From Candidatus Atabeyarchaeum deiterrae (GTDB lineage Archaea > Asgardarchaeota > Atabeyarchaeia > Atabeyarchaeales > Atabeyarchaeaceae), in the NCBI GenBank assembly GCA_037310415.1, contig CP147780.1:2208001-2272000 (forward strand): DNA of 64,000 nt. Direction: 5' to 3'. Of this stretch, positions 1 to 9,406 are shown piece after piece (position 1 is the first letter of the stretch; each line of letters begins with the position of its first letter). The position numbers and the translations under genes are program-made. The notes below the pieces were generated by a model. The model ran no database searches. It was given only the letters and a program-made list of their open reading frames with translations, and was not told the DNA's origin.

Positions 1-199
1 TTACCTTTATCAACACTCAGATTTATCCGCTTCAAGATTTCTCGGCATCCGGCAATTCTATGGAATTCCCGACATTAGCTTATTAGCTGCTCGTAGATTT
101 TATTACTATGCTAATAATAAACGTTTCTGTCTTCAAACGTCATTCGAGCATGATCATTCTGAACCCGAAACAAATCCTCCCTTGTCCCACTCCTTGTTC

Positions 200-1102
200 T
201 CAAGGTAATCCTGGTACAAGAATATAGACAAATACAGGAATCAAACCTAATGCAATCGCCAAAGGAAGACCTGGAACCTGTCCAACCTTTCTTGCACGCC
301 TTGAGGTAATCACGCTCCCAAGCAGCACAAGAAAGAGAGACAACAATGTGGCAACCAACCCAAAGTTCACGAGAGTATTCGTAACCAGTATGGAATAGGA
401 CACAAGATCGCCTATTCCAATCGCCCAGTCTCTACCAGCGTAGGACATCTTCAAAATAATAATGCTTTCATAATCCTCGTGAAGTCTTTTGGTCTTCTTT
501 ACGGTCTGCTTCAAAGTCAGATACAAGTCAAGCCCAGCCAAAAAACAAAGCAAAACGATCATAGCTATTGAAGGAATGAGGACTCCCATGAAAGCGCCGA
601 TAACGCTGCTGTAGAACGCGAACAACACATTTCTTGAATTCCGCGACAAGACATCAAACACTGCCAATATGCCAGCAAATGAGCCGAGATATGCAACCAT
701 GCTCAGACCGATGCGAATGGCGGGAGAGGAAAGACCGTAGTAACCAAGAAACAGGTTCGCATACATCAACAGAGAAACGGTAGCCGACAGAACGAATATC
801 GCAATGGCAACTCTGACAGCTAGAGTTACAGATCCCTTCAATAGACCGTAGAAAATCAACACCGCTATTGAGATGCCTAGTACAAGAACAGCAACGTTGA
901 CGAGTAATAAGCCGCTCCCGAAATAGAAGGGTCCGCGAGAAACATTTGCTCCAAGCTCGATCACAAGGGCGGTAAAAGCGAAGACAAGCGCGATTATCAT
1001 GACTGTCAACAGCACGCCAAAAGACCCATATTTATGGCTGCCACCGCTATCGTTTTTCCCTACTGCGATCGCATTGTCCAAACAATATCCCCGCCAACTC
1101 AT
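200..1102 (-). CDS. Presenilin/signal-peptide-peptidase-like GxGD intramembrane aspartyl protease
   Basis: About 9 TM segments; LAGLDLYL (YD-equivalent Asp), IGIGDL (GxGD) and VPGLP (PAL-like) motifs in the expected order; true start may be a downstream TTG. Confidence 0.75.
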   Translation of the reverse strand: MSWRGYCLDNAIAVGKNDSGGSHKYGSFGVLLTVMIIALVFAFTALVIELGANVSRGPFYFGSGLLLVNVAVLVLGISIAVLIFYGLLKGSVTLAVRVAIAIFVLSATVSLLMYANLFLGYYGLSSPAIRIGLSMVAYLGSFAGILAVFDVLSRNSRNVLFAFYSSVIGAFMGVLIPSIAMIVLLCFLAGLDLYLTLKQTVKKTKRLHEDYESIIILKMSYAGRDWAIGIGDLVSYSILVTNTLVNFGLVATLLSLFLVLLGSVITSRRARKVGQVPGLPLAIALGLIPVFVYILVPGLP

Positions 1103-1143
1103 TGCCGTTTACCAACGCATCATGGCGCCGCAACGGTTCCAGA

Positions 1144-1539
1144 TTATAATCCTATAACGAAGCCGATTACAGTCAGTACGAATGAGTAGAAGAAAACCCC
1201 CCGCGCCGTGCCCTCTGCCTGTCGAGCCCTTTTTGCTGAATAGGGTTCCCCGTGAAGAACCTTCTCGCCGACCTTAGTCATGCTTGGGCCCGATGAAATT
1301 ACTGTCAAGCCGCCGATCACCAAACCTACCGCGCCCTCGAGAATAGTCAATAGAGAAACATAGTACGTAACTATTAATGCATCAACCATGAAACTCGAAA
1401 CAATAACAATGTTAAGAAGGACGAAGATATTACTGAAAAGCAAAGTTTTCGCTAATACAGTGGTCGCCGCCCTCAACTTCTTCCGCTTGCTAGCTTTTGG
1501 CACACTTGCGCCCTCAGCCAGATTCTCATGAGACGCCAA
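1144..1539 (-). CDS. Small membrane protein, 3 TM
   Basis: 131-aa ORF with three hydrophobic helices, GGTG SD-like motif upstream, co-oriented with the protease gene. Confidence 0.6.
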   Translation of the reverse strand: MASHENLAEGASVPKASKRKKLRAATTVLAKTLLFSNIFVLLNIVIVSSFMVDALIVTYYVSLLTILEGAVGLVIGGLTVISSGPSMTKVGEKVLHGEPYSAKRARQAEGTARGVFFYSFVLTVIGFVIGL

Positions 1540-1750
1540 TTGACTACACCTTGCTCTGAAACTAGCACAGAACCAATTCTCTCAACGGACTCTTAAATCG
1601 AATGAGCATTCAGCCCTCATGGGTCAACTTGACAAACTATCGAGACATCATCCAAAACGCACCTAGACGCGCAAAGAATACCAGAGGCGAAACGAGAGCT
1701 TAATAAAAAAAGGGGAGATTGGGAAATGTATTTGGCTTTGGTTTCTTTCT

Positions 1751-3784
1751 CTACAGCTTGCGCGGTCGGAAGAAGTAGAACCCTGCAAGAACCACGATCA
1801 CAGCCAACTCCGCTACTGAGATGATCAGACCGTAAGCATCCCAGAACGATGGCGGTGCCGGATAAGTGAACGTGTAGCCCGCAGCTTCTAACTCTCGTAT
1901 GGCCGCGTTTCTGAAGTCGGTTTGGCTAGTGTATCTGCGTGGTACAATGCTGGAATCGAAGCCCGCCGTCACTCTCGTGATGGGGACAGTGATGCCGTAC
2001 GAGCCGAAGCCGTTCAGCATACTGGTGATTATAGCATCCTTTGGACACAAGTATTCGATTGCACGTCTCACATGTTTGGCTGCCGCAGCGGCGTTTGACG
2101 AATTCGCTATGCCATTGGGCGTACCCAGCCCTGTCCCGACGATTGGGTGTCTCATATTGAAGCCTAAGGTCTGAACACCATAGGCATCATAATAGATCCA
2201 CTTACTCCAAGCCGAGCTGAGCTGAGACAAAGCCTGTTCAAGGTGGAACTGTGAGTCGAGCACCTGAACAGAACCCGCGTGCAGAGCTGCGATCGCTGAG
2301 GTCACATCCGATATCCAGATCACGTAGTAGTCCGTTATGCCATATTCACCTTGGCCTATAAGGGTGGCAGCGTCAAAGTAATTGGCGAATTTCGTTAGGT
2401 GGAGTGTGACTGTGCCTGCGTCATAGCTGACGAACTTGTATGGACCAGCACCGAATGGACCAATTCCAGATAGAAGTGATCCGTTCTTGCCAAAGTAGGC
2501 GTATGGTGTTCCTGCGTCTGCCGCGGCGAGGCTGTTGAACGAAGTTAGTGTCCATCTGCTAACGTTGTAGTAGCTGAGGGGTGTCCAATTGGCAAAGTCC
2601 GGTATTGTGGTACCAGCATAGAGAACGCTATTGTTCACAATTACTGAAGCTGGGTATATCGTTGAGCCTAGTATGTCTGCAGTGAAGAATGCCCACGGGT
2701 TTGGCAACGCGAAGTGAACCTCGTTGTAGTTCAAGGGCAAGCTTGCCCATTCGGTTCCGTTTTCACCAGACCAACCGAAGCTATTGTTCGAGCCAAGAAT
2801 GCTCGCTAGGTATGATTGAACAACGCATCCCCACTCGGTAACGAAACCATAGTACCTCAAGGAGTAGACGAAGTCTCTGCCATCAAGTGTTTCACCGTTC
2901 TGGAATTGGATGCCTGGCTTGATCCAGACTGTCCAGTTCTTGCCGTCGGTGGTGTGGGTGACGTTGCCGTAAGCCATGTAGGGTTCCATGAGCCAGCTAG
3001 AGTTTCTCCTGTACAAACCGTAGCCACCGTACTCGCCGAAGATCGGACCATATCCGGTCAGGTCGTAGTACGATGTGGTATGTGCTGGAGACAACTTGAG
3101 CATTTCACCAGTCTGTGCTATGACGATGCTGGATGACGGTGTGCTAGTGTAGCTCCAGTGTTCAACTCCAGGCCACAACGGATAGTGGTTCTTCTGGAAC
3201 ACGGTTGAGTTCACGTTCAGAGCCATTCCCACGACTTCCTGCGTATAGAACAATGAGATATCTACAGCCTGCTCATACTCGTACTGCTGCCATAGCTTGA
3301 CAAGAGCTAATTGCTTCGTTACGTTAAGCTCTCTTGTAATGTTCAGACATAGTGCGTCGTTGTATGGGTCGTTCCATAGGTAGTAGTTCTGCCCTGATGG
3401 CGCGTACTGGCTACTGTGGTACAAGCCATAGGGGTTGGGATCTGGGCTCATGGCGTATCCTACGAAGAGGCTGTCAAAGCCTCCCTGGGCGTAGGTTAGG
3501 CCAACTACAGCTGGCGCTGGGATTAGCGCCCTGTCGTACACGGTGCCCCAGCTTAGCAACTGTCTAATTGCGTTTATGCCCAAGTCCTTCATATTGTTTG
3601 TTACCAACAGCGCCCATTGCTGCCTCAATTGGTTAGCTCCTGGAGCTATCAGGTTGAAATCGAATGATGGATTGATCTGTGCGTATGCGGTTGCCTGCAC
3701 TGGTTGAACAAAGATGAACGGGGTTGCGATTCCTACCAGCATGAAAGAAATCAGTAAGAAACCAAGTATCTTCCTTTGTTGCAT
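1751..3784 (-). CDS. Peptide/oligopeptide ABC transporter substrate-binding protein (family 5), C-terminally membrane anchored
   Basis: Signal peptide, GAGPYKFVSY and VRRAIEY family-5 SBP motifs, C-terminal TM plus RPRKL; divergent from dppBCDF. Confidence 0.9.
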   Translation of the reverse strand: MQQRKILGFLLISFMLVGIATPFIFVQPVQATAYAQINPSFDFNLIAPGANQLRQQWALLVTNNMKDLGINAIRQLLSWGTVYDRALIPAPAVVGLTYAQGGFDSLFVGYAMSPDPNPYGLYHSSQYAPSGQNYYLWNDPYNDALCLNITRELNVTKQLALVKLWQQYEYEQAVDISLFYTQEVVGMALNVNSTVFQKNHYPLWPGVEHWSYTSTPSSSIVIAQTGEMLKLSPAHTTSYYDLTGYGPIFGEYGGYGLYRRNSSWLMEPYMAYGNVTHTTDGKNWTVWIKPGIQFQNGETLDGRDFVYSLRYYGFVTEWGCVVQSYLASILGSNNSFGWSGENGTEWASLPLNYNEVHFALPNPWAFFTADILGSTIYPASVIVNNSVLYAGTTIPDFANWTPLSYYNVSRWTLTSFNSLAAADAGTPYAYFGKNGSLLSGIGPFGAGPYKFVSYDAGTVTLHLTKFANYFDAATLIGQGEYGITDYYVIWISDVTSAIAALHAGSVQVLDSQFHLEQALSQLSSAWSKWIYYDAYGVQTLGFNMRHPIVGTGLGTPNGIANSSNAAAAAKHVRRAIEYLCPKDAIITSMLNGFGSYGITVPITRVTAGFDSSIVPRRYTSQTDFRNAAIRELEAAGYTFTYPAPPSFWDAYGLIISVAELAVIVVLAGFYFFRPRKL

Positions 3785-4369
3785 ATGTATTCCACTCGCT
3801 CCTCTCTCTCTTCTCTCTCACTTGTTTAGTTTGTAAGTATGTGGTTACTGGCTTCGATTATATAACGTTTTCCCATCGTCGCTCAGAGGATGGACTTCTT
3901 TTCTGCTTTGCCCACGCGGATTTTCGCACATGCTACCCTATCCTACCTAACCAGTTTTTCTGAGCGTCCAACAGCTAGAAACCGCTAGCGCGTGTCCCAG
4001 AGTAGTGAAAGAAACACTTTGTGAAAGCTCCCGAGCGAGGAGACGGTTCGCGCAGTAGTGAGCTGTAAGAATGCCACTTGCGTCGTGTCATCTCTGGTCA
4101 TACCAATGAGCTTGCTGAAAGCACACACCGCGAAATATGCAAAGATTTAAATATCTCTGGTCAAGTTCCATCTAACATTAGCCCATCTGTTCCATGAACT
4201 GAAGTATGCGAGGGCGAGCCTACTCAGGTTAGGCCGAATCACAAACAAGATGGACTTGCGAAAGAACGAGTTGGATCAGAAACTCAGTTTGAGGCCCTTG
4301 CTAGTTTAGCAAAAGTCTCGAGAAGTTGAACCTAAGCAAGAAGATCGGGAAGGTCGTGGTGGTTGGTCC

Positions 4370-5344
4370 GTGAGACTTTACAAGTATGTGATTAGGCGTG
4401 TTCTTTATTTGATTCCGTTGTTCATAGGCGTTTCTATAATAGTATTTGTGCTAACCCGTCTCGCAGGGGATCCGGTTCAGCTCATGTACGCGCTCAATCC
4501 CCGCATCTCTCATCAACAGATTGAGCAACTAAGGCAATATTTCGGGCTTGCTGACAATCCTTTTGATCAGTACTGGCGATGGCTAACTAATTTCGTTCAA
4601 TTAAATTTCGGTATGTCAATCCTTTACTCCGCTAGCGTTAATACAATTATTGCCCAGAAAGCTTGGAACACGATTGAATTGCAGATCATTGCGCTACTTT
4701 TGGCGCTGGCGATCGCCATACCTATCGGGATAACCTCCGCTAGGAAGCAGTATTCGAAGACTGATATGAGTGTGACATCATTCGCTCTGTTGGGCACCTC
4801 AATCCCCGTGTTCTTCACGGGATTGATCTCAATTCTTGTGCTTGCGAACTGGGTACTATGGTTCCCGTATGGCGGATATGTGACCGCGGAACCTGGCGTA
4901 CCATTGTTCGGCAACTACTTCATCGATCACGCATGGCACCTCGTCCTGCCTGTCACCATCTTGACGGTTGCAGATCTCGCGACAATTGTCCTGCTGGTTA
5001 GGTCAAGCATGCTTGAAGTCCTTAGACAGGACTATATACTCGCAGCTACGGCTAGCGGATTAAGTGAAAGAACAGTTATATACAAGCATGGTCTCCGCAA
5101 TGTGATGATCCCGGTGATTACGTATATCGGGCTGTATCTCGGTGGTATGCTGGCAGGCGCGCCAATAACTGAGACTGTCTTCAACTGGCCCGGTCTGGGT
5201 AAGTTGTACGTTCAGGCTGTGGGTCAGCTGGACTATGCAATAATCCAGGCCGTGACGATGTTAATTACCCTTATGACGTTGGCTGCAAATCTGGTGACGG
5301 ACATATTATACGCATATCTTGATCCGAGAATAAGACTGGATTAG
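4370..5344 (+). CDS. dppB: Peptide ABC transporter permease
   Basis: YVIRRVLYLIP...GDP start, RSSMLEVLRQDYI (EAA region), ETVFNWPGLG, DPRIR end. Confidence 0.95.
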   Translation: MRLYKYVIRRVLYLIPLFIGVSIIVFVLTRLAGDPVQLMYALNPRISHQQIEQLRQYFGLADNPFDQYWRWLTNFVQLNFGMSILYSASVNTIIAQKAWNTIELQIIALLLALAIAIPIGITSARKQYSKTDMSVTSFALLGTSIPVFFTGLISILVLANWVLWFPYGGYVTAEPGVPLFGNYFIDHAWHLVLPVTILTVADLATIVLLVRSSMLEVLRQDYILAATASGLSERTVIYKHGLRNVMIPVITYIGLYLGGMLAGAPITETVFNWPGLGKLYVQAVGQLDYAIIQAVTMLITLMTLAANLVTDILYAYLDPRIRLD

Positions 5345-5405
5345 GGTGAGTGACTTCAGGGGAGAGCTCATCGTTGTGTGGTTGAATGCTGCGGACCAAA
5401 GTTGA

Positions 5406-6347
5406 GTGGAGAGTGTGACGTTGCCTGAGGACAAACATCCCAGAGACGCGAAAGAAGTGAAGGAACGGGCCAAGCCAGTAAGTATGTGGGGGCTGGCTTG
5501 GAGAAGGTTCAAGAGAAACAAGATAGCACTAGCTGGTCTCTTTATAATTGGGTATATCGCGTTCATGGGGATCTTCGCTGAATTCATAGCGCCATATGGG
5601 GCGAACGATACAAGTGCTTTTTACGAGGGCATGGCTAAGAGCCCTCCGACATGGGCCCATCCGTTTGGAACGGATATTATTGGGCGAGACCTCTTTAGTG
5701 AAATTGTTTTTGGTGCAAGGGCCGCTCTACTAGTCGGATTCGGCGCGGCGGGTATCGCCATTGGTATAGCCATTTTAGTTGGAGTCGTGGCTGGATACTA
5801 TGGTAGATACATCGATGAGATACTGATGCGATTCACCGAGATCTTCTTGGTCTTACCTTTCCTGCTTGTGATCCTAGTCCTGATGCAGGTTTCCGAGAAG
5901 TTTTTCATGGGCAGGCTGGTTGGACTTGGCGTCGTCATCCTCATAATAGGTGTTCTCTCATGGGCGGGCAATGCGAGGCTTATCAGGGGCGAGGTTATGA
6001 GGGTGAGAGAACTTGAGTTCATCACTGCAGCGAAGTGCCTTGGAGCAAATGGAAGACGAATACTCTTCAAACATATCTTTCCAAACATACTTTACTTGGT
6101 TTTAGTGTTGACGACGTTGCAGATAGCTGGAGCCATATTGGTCGAGGCTGCAGTGAGTTTCCTCGGCTTCGGAGATCCCAATGCAACAACGTGGGGACAA
6201 ATACTTTCAACTGCTGACTTGTACATATCTAATGGACTTTGGTGGATGCTGATTTTCCCAGGCATATTCATTACCTTGCTGGTGCTTGGTTTCAACCTGC
6301 TTGGGAACGGTCTGAGAGACGCATTCGATCCTAGACTAAGGGAGTAA
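5406..6347 (+). CDS. dppC: Peptide ABC transporter permease
   Basis: WRRFKRNK, HPFGTDIIGRD, EFITAAKCLGA, GLRDAFDPR motifs. Confidence 0.95.
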   Translation: MESVTLPEDKHPRDAKEVKERAKPVSMWGLAWRRFKRNKIALAGLFIIGYIAFMGIFAEFIAPYGANDTSAFYEGMAKSPPTWAHPFGTDIIGRDLFSEIVFGARAALLVGFGAAGIAIGIAILVGVVAGYYGRYIDEILMRFTEIFLVLPFLLVILVLMQVSEKFFMGRLVGLGVVILIIGVLSWAGNARLIRGEVMRVRELEFITAAKCLGANGRRILFKHIFPNILYLVLVLTTLQIAGAILVEAAVSFLGFGDPNATTWGQILSTADLYISNGLWWMLIFPGIFITLLVLGFNLLGNGLRDAFDPRLRE

Positions 6348-6396
6348 ACAATAGAGAATCCTGCACACTACTGACTCATGAGGTGTAAGTAGCATC

Positions 6397-7383
6397 ATGT
6401 TACTTAGCGTTGAAAATCTCAAGACATACTTCTACACCTGGGCTGGCGTCGTCAAAGCTGTCGACGGCGTTTCCTTCAAACTCAATGAGCGCGAGACCTT
6501 GGGGTTTGTGGGAGAATCTGGATCAGGAAAGACTGTGACGGCGCTCTCAGTAATGAAGATAATCCCTCGACCTGGTAAAATCGTTGAAGGGAAGATCTTC
6601 TTGAGAGGCGTCAACTTGGTTGAGAAGACTGAGAAGTATATGCAGAGTATCAGGGGACGCGAAATAGGATACGTTTTCCAAGATCCGTCTACCTCTCTCA
6701 ACCCAGTCTTCTCGATTGCGGCCCAACTCGTAGAGGTAATCATGAGGCATCAGAACATAACCAAGAGAGAGGCACTCGAACAAGCAATCGGGTTGCTGAA
6801 ACTGGTTGAAATCCCCGACCCAGAGAAAAGGATATGGAACTACCCACATCAACTCAGCGGCGGAATGAAGCAGAGAGTTGCAGTCGCCCGCGCACTTTCA
6901 TGTAACCCGAGTCTCCTCTTTGCTGATGAACCAACGACCGCGCTTGATGTCACAATTCAGGCGCAGATCCTGGACCTTATCAGGAGATTGCAGGAGCGGC
7001 TTGGTATGTCCATGGTGCTCATCACCCATGATATGGGTGTGGTCGCTGAGACGACAAAGAATATTATAGTTCTGTATGCTGGCAGAATCTGTGAAGCATC
7101 TGACACGATGTCTATCTTCAAGCAACCTATGCATCCTTATACGGAGGCTTTGCTGACGGCAGTACCTCACCTCGGTCTGAAGCAGCACAAACTCGAAATG
7201 ATACCTGGCTCTATTCCCAACCTGATAGACCCGCCCAAGGGTTGCCGATTCCACCCAAGGTGTAAGTATGCGGTGCGCAAATGCATGCAGGAGCTTCCAG
7301 ACGCGCTGCAAGTAGAACCTAATCATTACTCTGCATGTTTCCGAATTCAAGATGGCGAGATAACTTTGAAATCAATTCTGTGA
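6397..7383 (+). CDS. dppD: Peptide ABC transporter ATP-binding protein
   Basis: GESGSGKT, LSGGMKQR, DEPTTALD, HPYT, GCRFHPRC. Confidence 0.95.
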   Translation: MLLSVENLKTYFYTWAGVVKAVDGVSFKLNERETLGFVGESGSGKTVTALSVMKIIPRPGKIVEGKIFLRGVNLVEKTEKYMQSIRGREIGYVFQDPSTSLNPVFSIAAQLVEVIMRHQNITKREALEQAIGLLKLVEIPDPEKRIWNYPHQLSGGMKQRVAVARALSCNPSLLFADEPTTALDVTIQAQILDLIRRLQERLGMSMVLITHDMGVVAETTKNIIVLYAGRICEASDTMSIFKQPMHPYTEALLTAVPHLGLKQHKLEMIPGSIPNLIDPPKGCRFHPRCKYAVRKCMQELPDALQVEPNHYSACFRIQDGEITLKSIL

Positions 7384-8438
7384 AGGAGTGTAATCGCTTG
7401 GCGTCAGAAGACAACGTACTTCTGAAAGTTGATGGTTTGCTCAAGTACTACCCTGTAGTTTCAAGAGGAATAATCCTCAAGAAGAGGGTAGGCGACGTTC
7501 ATGCAGTCGACAACATAAGTTTCAGCATTAAGAAGGGTGAAACTTTCGGCTTAGTAGGAGAGAGTGGGTGCGGTAAGACAACAACGGCAAAGCTGATCCT
7601 CAACTTAGAAATTCCAGACATGGGCAGCGTCTATTATCAAGGTAGGAACGCCACTCAGATATTTAGGAAAGGAAAAAGCGCCGATGTCCTAGCATTAAGG
7701 AGAAAGATACAGTATGTTTTTCAGAATCCATATGCGTCTCTCGATCCGAGGATGACCGTGTCCGACATATTGATGGAGCCTCTTCACATTCACAAGCATC
7801 TGCCGAAAGCAAAGTGGAAGGACAGGATGTACGAGCTTATTCACCTGGTTGGCCTAGAGGACTACCACCTGGAACGATACCCACATGAGTTCAGTGGAGG
7901 ACAAAGGCAGCGAATATGTGTCGCTCGTGCCCTGGCTGTTGAACCTGAACTCCTCCTTACAGACGAACCAGTAGCGTCTTTGGACGTCTCCATCAGAGCA
8001 CAAGTGCTGAATCTATTAGACGATCTACAACAGAAGTTTGGTCTAACATACTTGTATATCTCGCATGATCTAAGCACTGTTCGTCACATCAGTGACAGAG
8101 TCGCGGTGATGTACTTAGGTAAATTAGTAGAGATAGCTGACGTTGATGAATTGTATGAGAAGCCTCTCCACCCATACACCGAGGCATTGCTCTCCGCAAT
8201 TCCGGTGCCGGACCCCACAGGAAAGACCAAGGCCAAGCGCATAATTCTGCGCGGAGAGGTTCCAAGCCCGATCAATCCGCCATCAGGTTGCAGGTTCCAT
8301 CCTAGATGCAGCTATGCCATGGACATATGCAAGAAAGCCGAACCAGCGCTGGATGAAACTAAGACTGGCCACTTCGTAGCATGCTTCCTCCACCACAAGA
8401 CAAAAGCGACTCCGCCTCAATTGGTGAAAGCAGAATAG
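7335..8438 (+). CDS. dppF: Peptide ABC transporter ATP-binding protein (true start probably TTG ~7398)
   Basis: GESGCGKT, FSGGQRQR, DEPVASLD, HPYT, GCRFHPRC. Confidence 0.95.
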   Translation: MFPNSRWRDNFEINSVKECNRLASEDNVLLKVDGLLKYYPVVSRGIILKKRVGDVHAVDNISFSIKKGETFGLVGESGCGKTTTAKLILNLEIPDMGSVYYQGRNATQIFRKGKSADVLALRRKIQYVFQNPYASLDPRMTVSDILMEPLHIHKHLPKAKWKDRMYELIHLVGLEDYHLERYPHEFSGGQRQRICVARALAVEPELLLTDEPVASLDVSIRAQVLNLLDDLQQKFGLTYLYISHDLSTVRHISDRVAVMYLGKLVEIADVDELYEKPLHPYTEALLSAIPVPDPTGKTKAKRIILRGEVPSPINPPSGCRFHPRCSYAMDICKKAEPALDETKTGHFVACFLHHKTKATPPQLVKAE

Positions 8439-8625
8439 GCGGGATCATCCCTTTTCTCTTAGCCATCTCTTTTTTGTGGACTCGCGCTTGTTCTTCACAC
8501 TGGATCGTCTATTTGCCTTTTTCACCACTTTTCATCAGATGGCATATTCCAAGACCTATCCCTTTTGAAACACCAATCCCTGAGAAAACGCGTCAGGCCA
8601 ACCTTCAAAACACCTAGGAATTCAC

Positions 8626-8992
8626 AATTCTGTCGCAGGGAAGCCCACGCCCTTTAGGAGTGGGAGGAACTGCGGAGGCCAGATTGGCTGTTCAAATACC
8701 TTCCGCCGCGTATGTTTATTTGGGGCTTGGGGCGAGACCGAGTGGGGTGGTGCCCCCAATACAAAACCTGAGGCTCTGGGCCCAAGGCGGATGGTGGTCT
8801 CGGAGCCACCGAGACGCGAAGCGTAACCCACCACGTCTGGCGAGGTGAGCGGGCTGGAAACGTGCGGCGCACGAAAGCCCGGGAGTCGCAACTTCCACAA
8901 TAGGCTTTCCGGAACCACCGACCCGGCGACGGGCGGAGACAGGGCGAACGAAACGGAAAGCCCACTGGTTTCAAGCCGTGGGAAGAGGTTAC
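8626..8992 (+). mobile_element. Non-autonomous IS200/IS605-family mini-element (no transposase, no tnpB)
   Basis: Target TCAC (8622-8625); left end GAAG + hairpin CCCAC..GTGGG (8644-8664); right end AAAG + hairpin CCCAC..GTGGG (8961-8982) ending TTAC (8989-8992); guide/cleavage tetramers follow the IS608 pairing rule. Confidence 0.75.
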
Positions 8993-9010
8993 ATCCATCA
9001 ATCTCCAACT
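8725..9010 (+). ncRNA. Putative stand-alone omegaRNA-like structured RNA; guide would be the flank after 8992
   Basis: GC-rich, hairpin-dense interior behind a TTTATT box (~8715), ending at an IS605-type right end; boundaries approximate. Confidence 0.45.
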
Positions 9011-9093
9011 AGTGCCATCGGAATTCTATAAACTTTTATCTTTGTTCAAAGCCATAGAGTTTGAAGCGCACTTGCAGACTGGGGTGATATCTA

Positions 9094-9315
9094 TTGACGT
9101 GCTATTTCAGGCATCTTCAACCAGTTTTCGAAAAAGTAGGCTTAACGGTTACGCTTGACAATAAACGTGAAATCGACGAGATAATACATGGAATTGTCGG
9201 GGTTAAGTACAAGAATTGCCCCTCTGCTTGGAGAAAAGTGAAGAAGAGGCTAGCGGAGGACGAAGAAGGATTCGTCTCTGATCTAAAGAAAGCGGTTGGG
9301 CATACGCAGGTGTAG
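9094..9315 (+). CDS. Small conserved-looking hypothetical protein
   Basis: 73-aa ORF, GGGGTG SD before TTG, natural-looking composition (MTCYFRH...CPSAW). Confidence 0.65.
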   Translation: MTCYFRHLQPVFEKVGLTVTLDNKREIDEIIHGIVGVKYKNCPSAWRKVKKRLAEDEEGFVSDLKKAVGHTQV

Positions 9316-9406
9316 GCTTGCCAAGTGCCACAGAAGGACTCAGCGCTGACATCCAGTGACCTTGATTCAGGAGTTCTGAGGTAGAGCAAATATCTCATTT
9401 ATCGCT

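Noticed and set aside
8626-8992. GC-rich structured region as RNase P RNA or SRP (7S) RNA
   Set aside because: Lacks the RNase P GAGGAAAGUCC/ACAGAA...GCUUA ordering and the SRP helix-8 CAGG.CCGGAAGG.AGCAG motif on either strand; the ends fit IS200/IS605 hairpins instead
8622-9008. ORFs 8622-9008, 8654-9001, 8660-8848, 8716-8898
   Set aside because: Pro/Arg/Gly-rich translations typical of GC-rich non-coding RNA; no protein motifs
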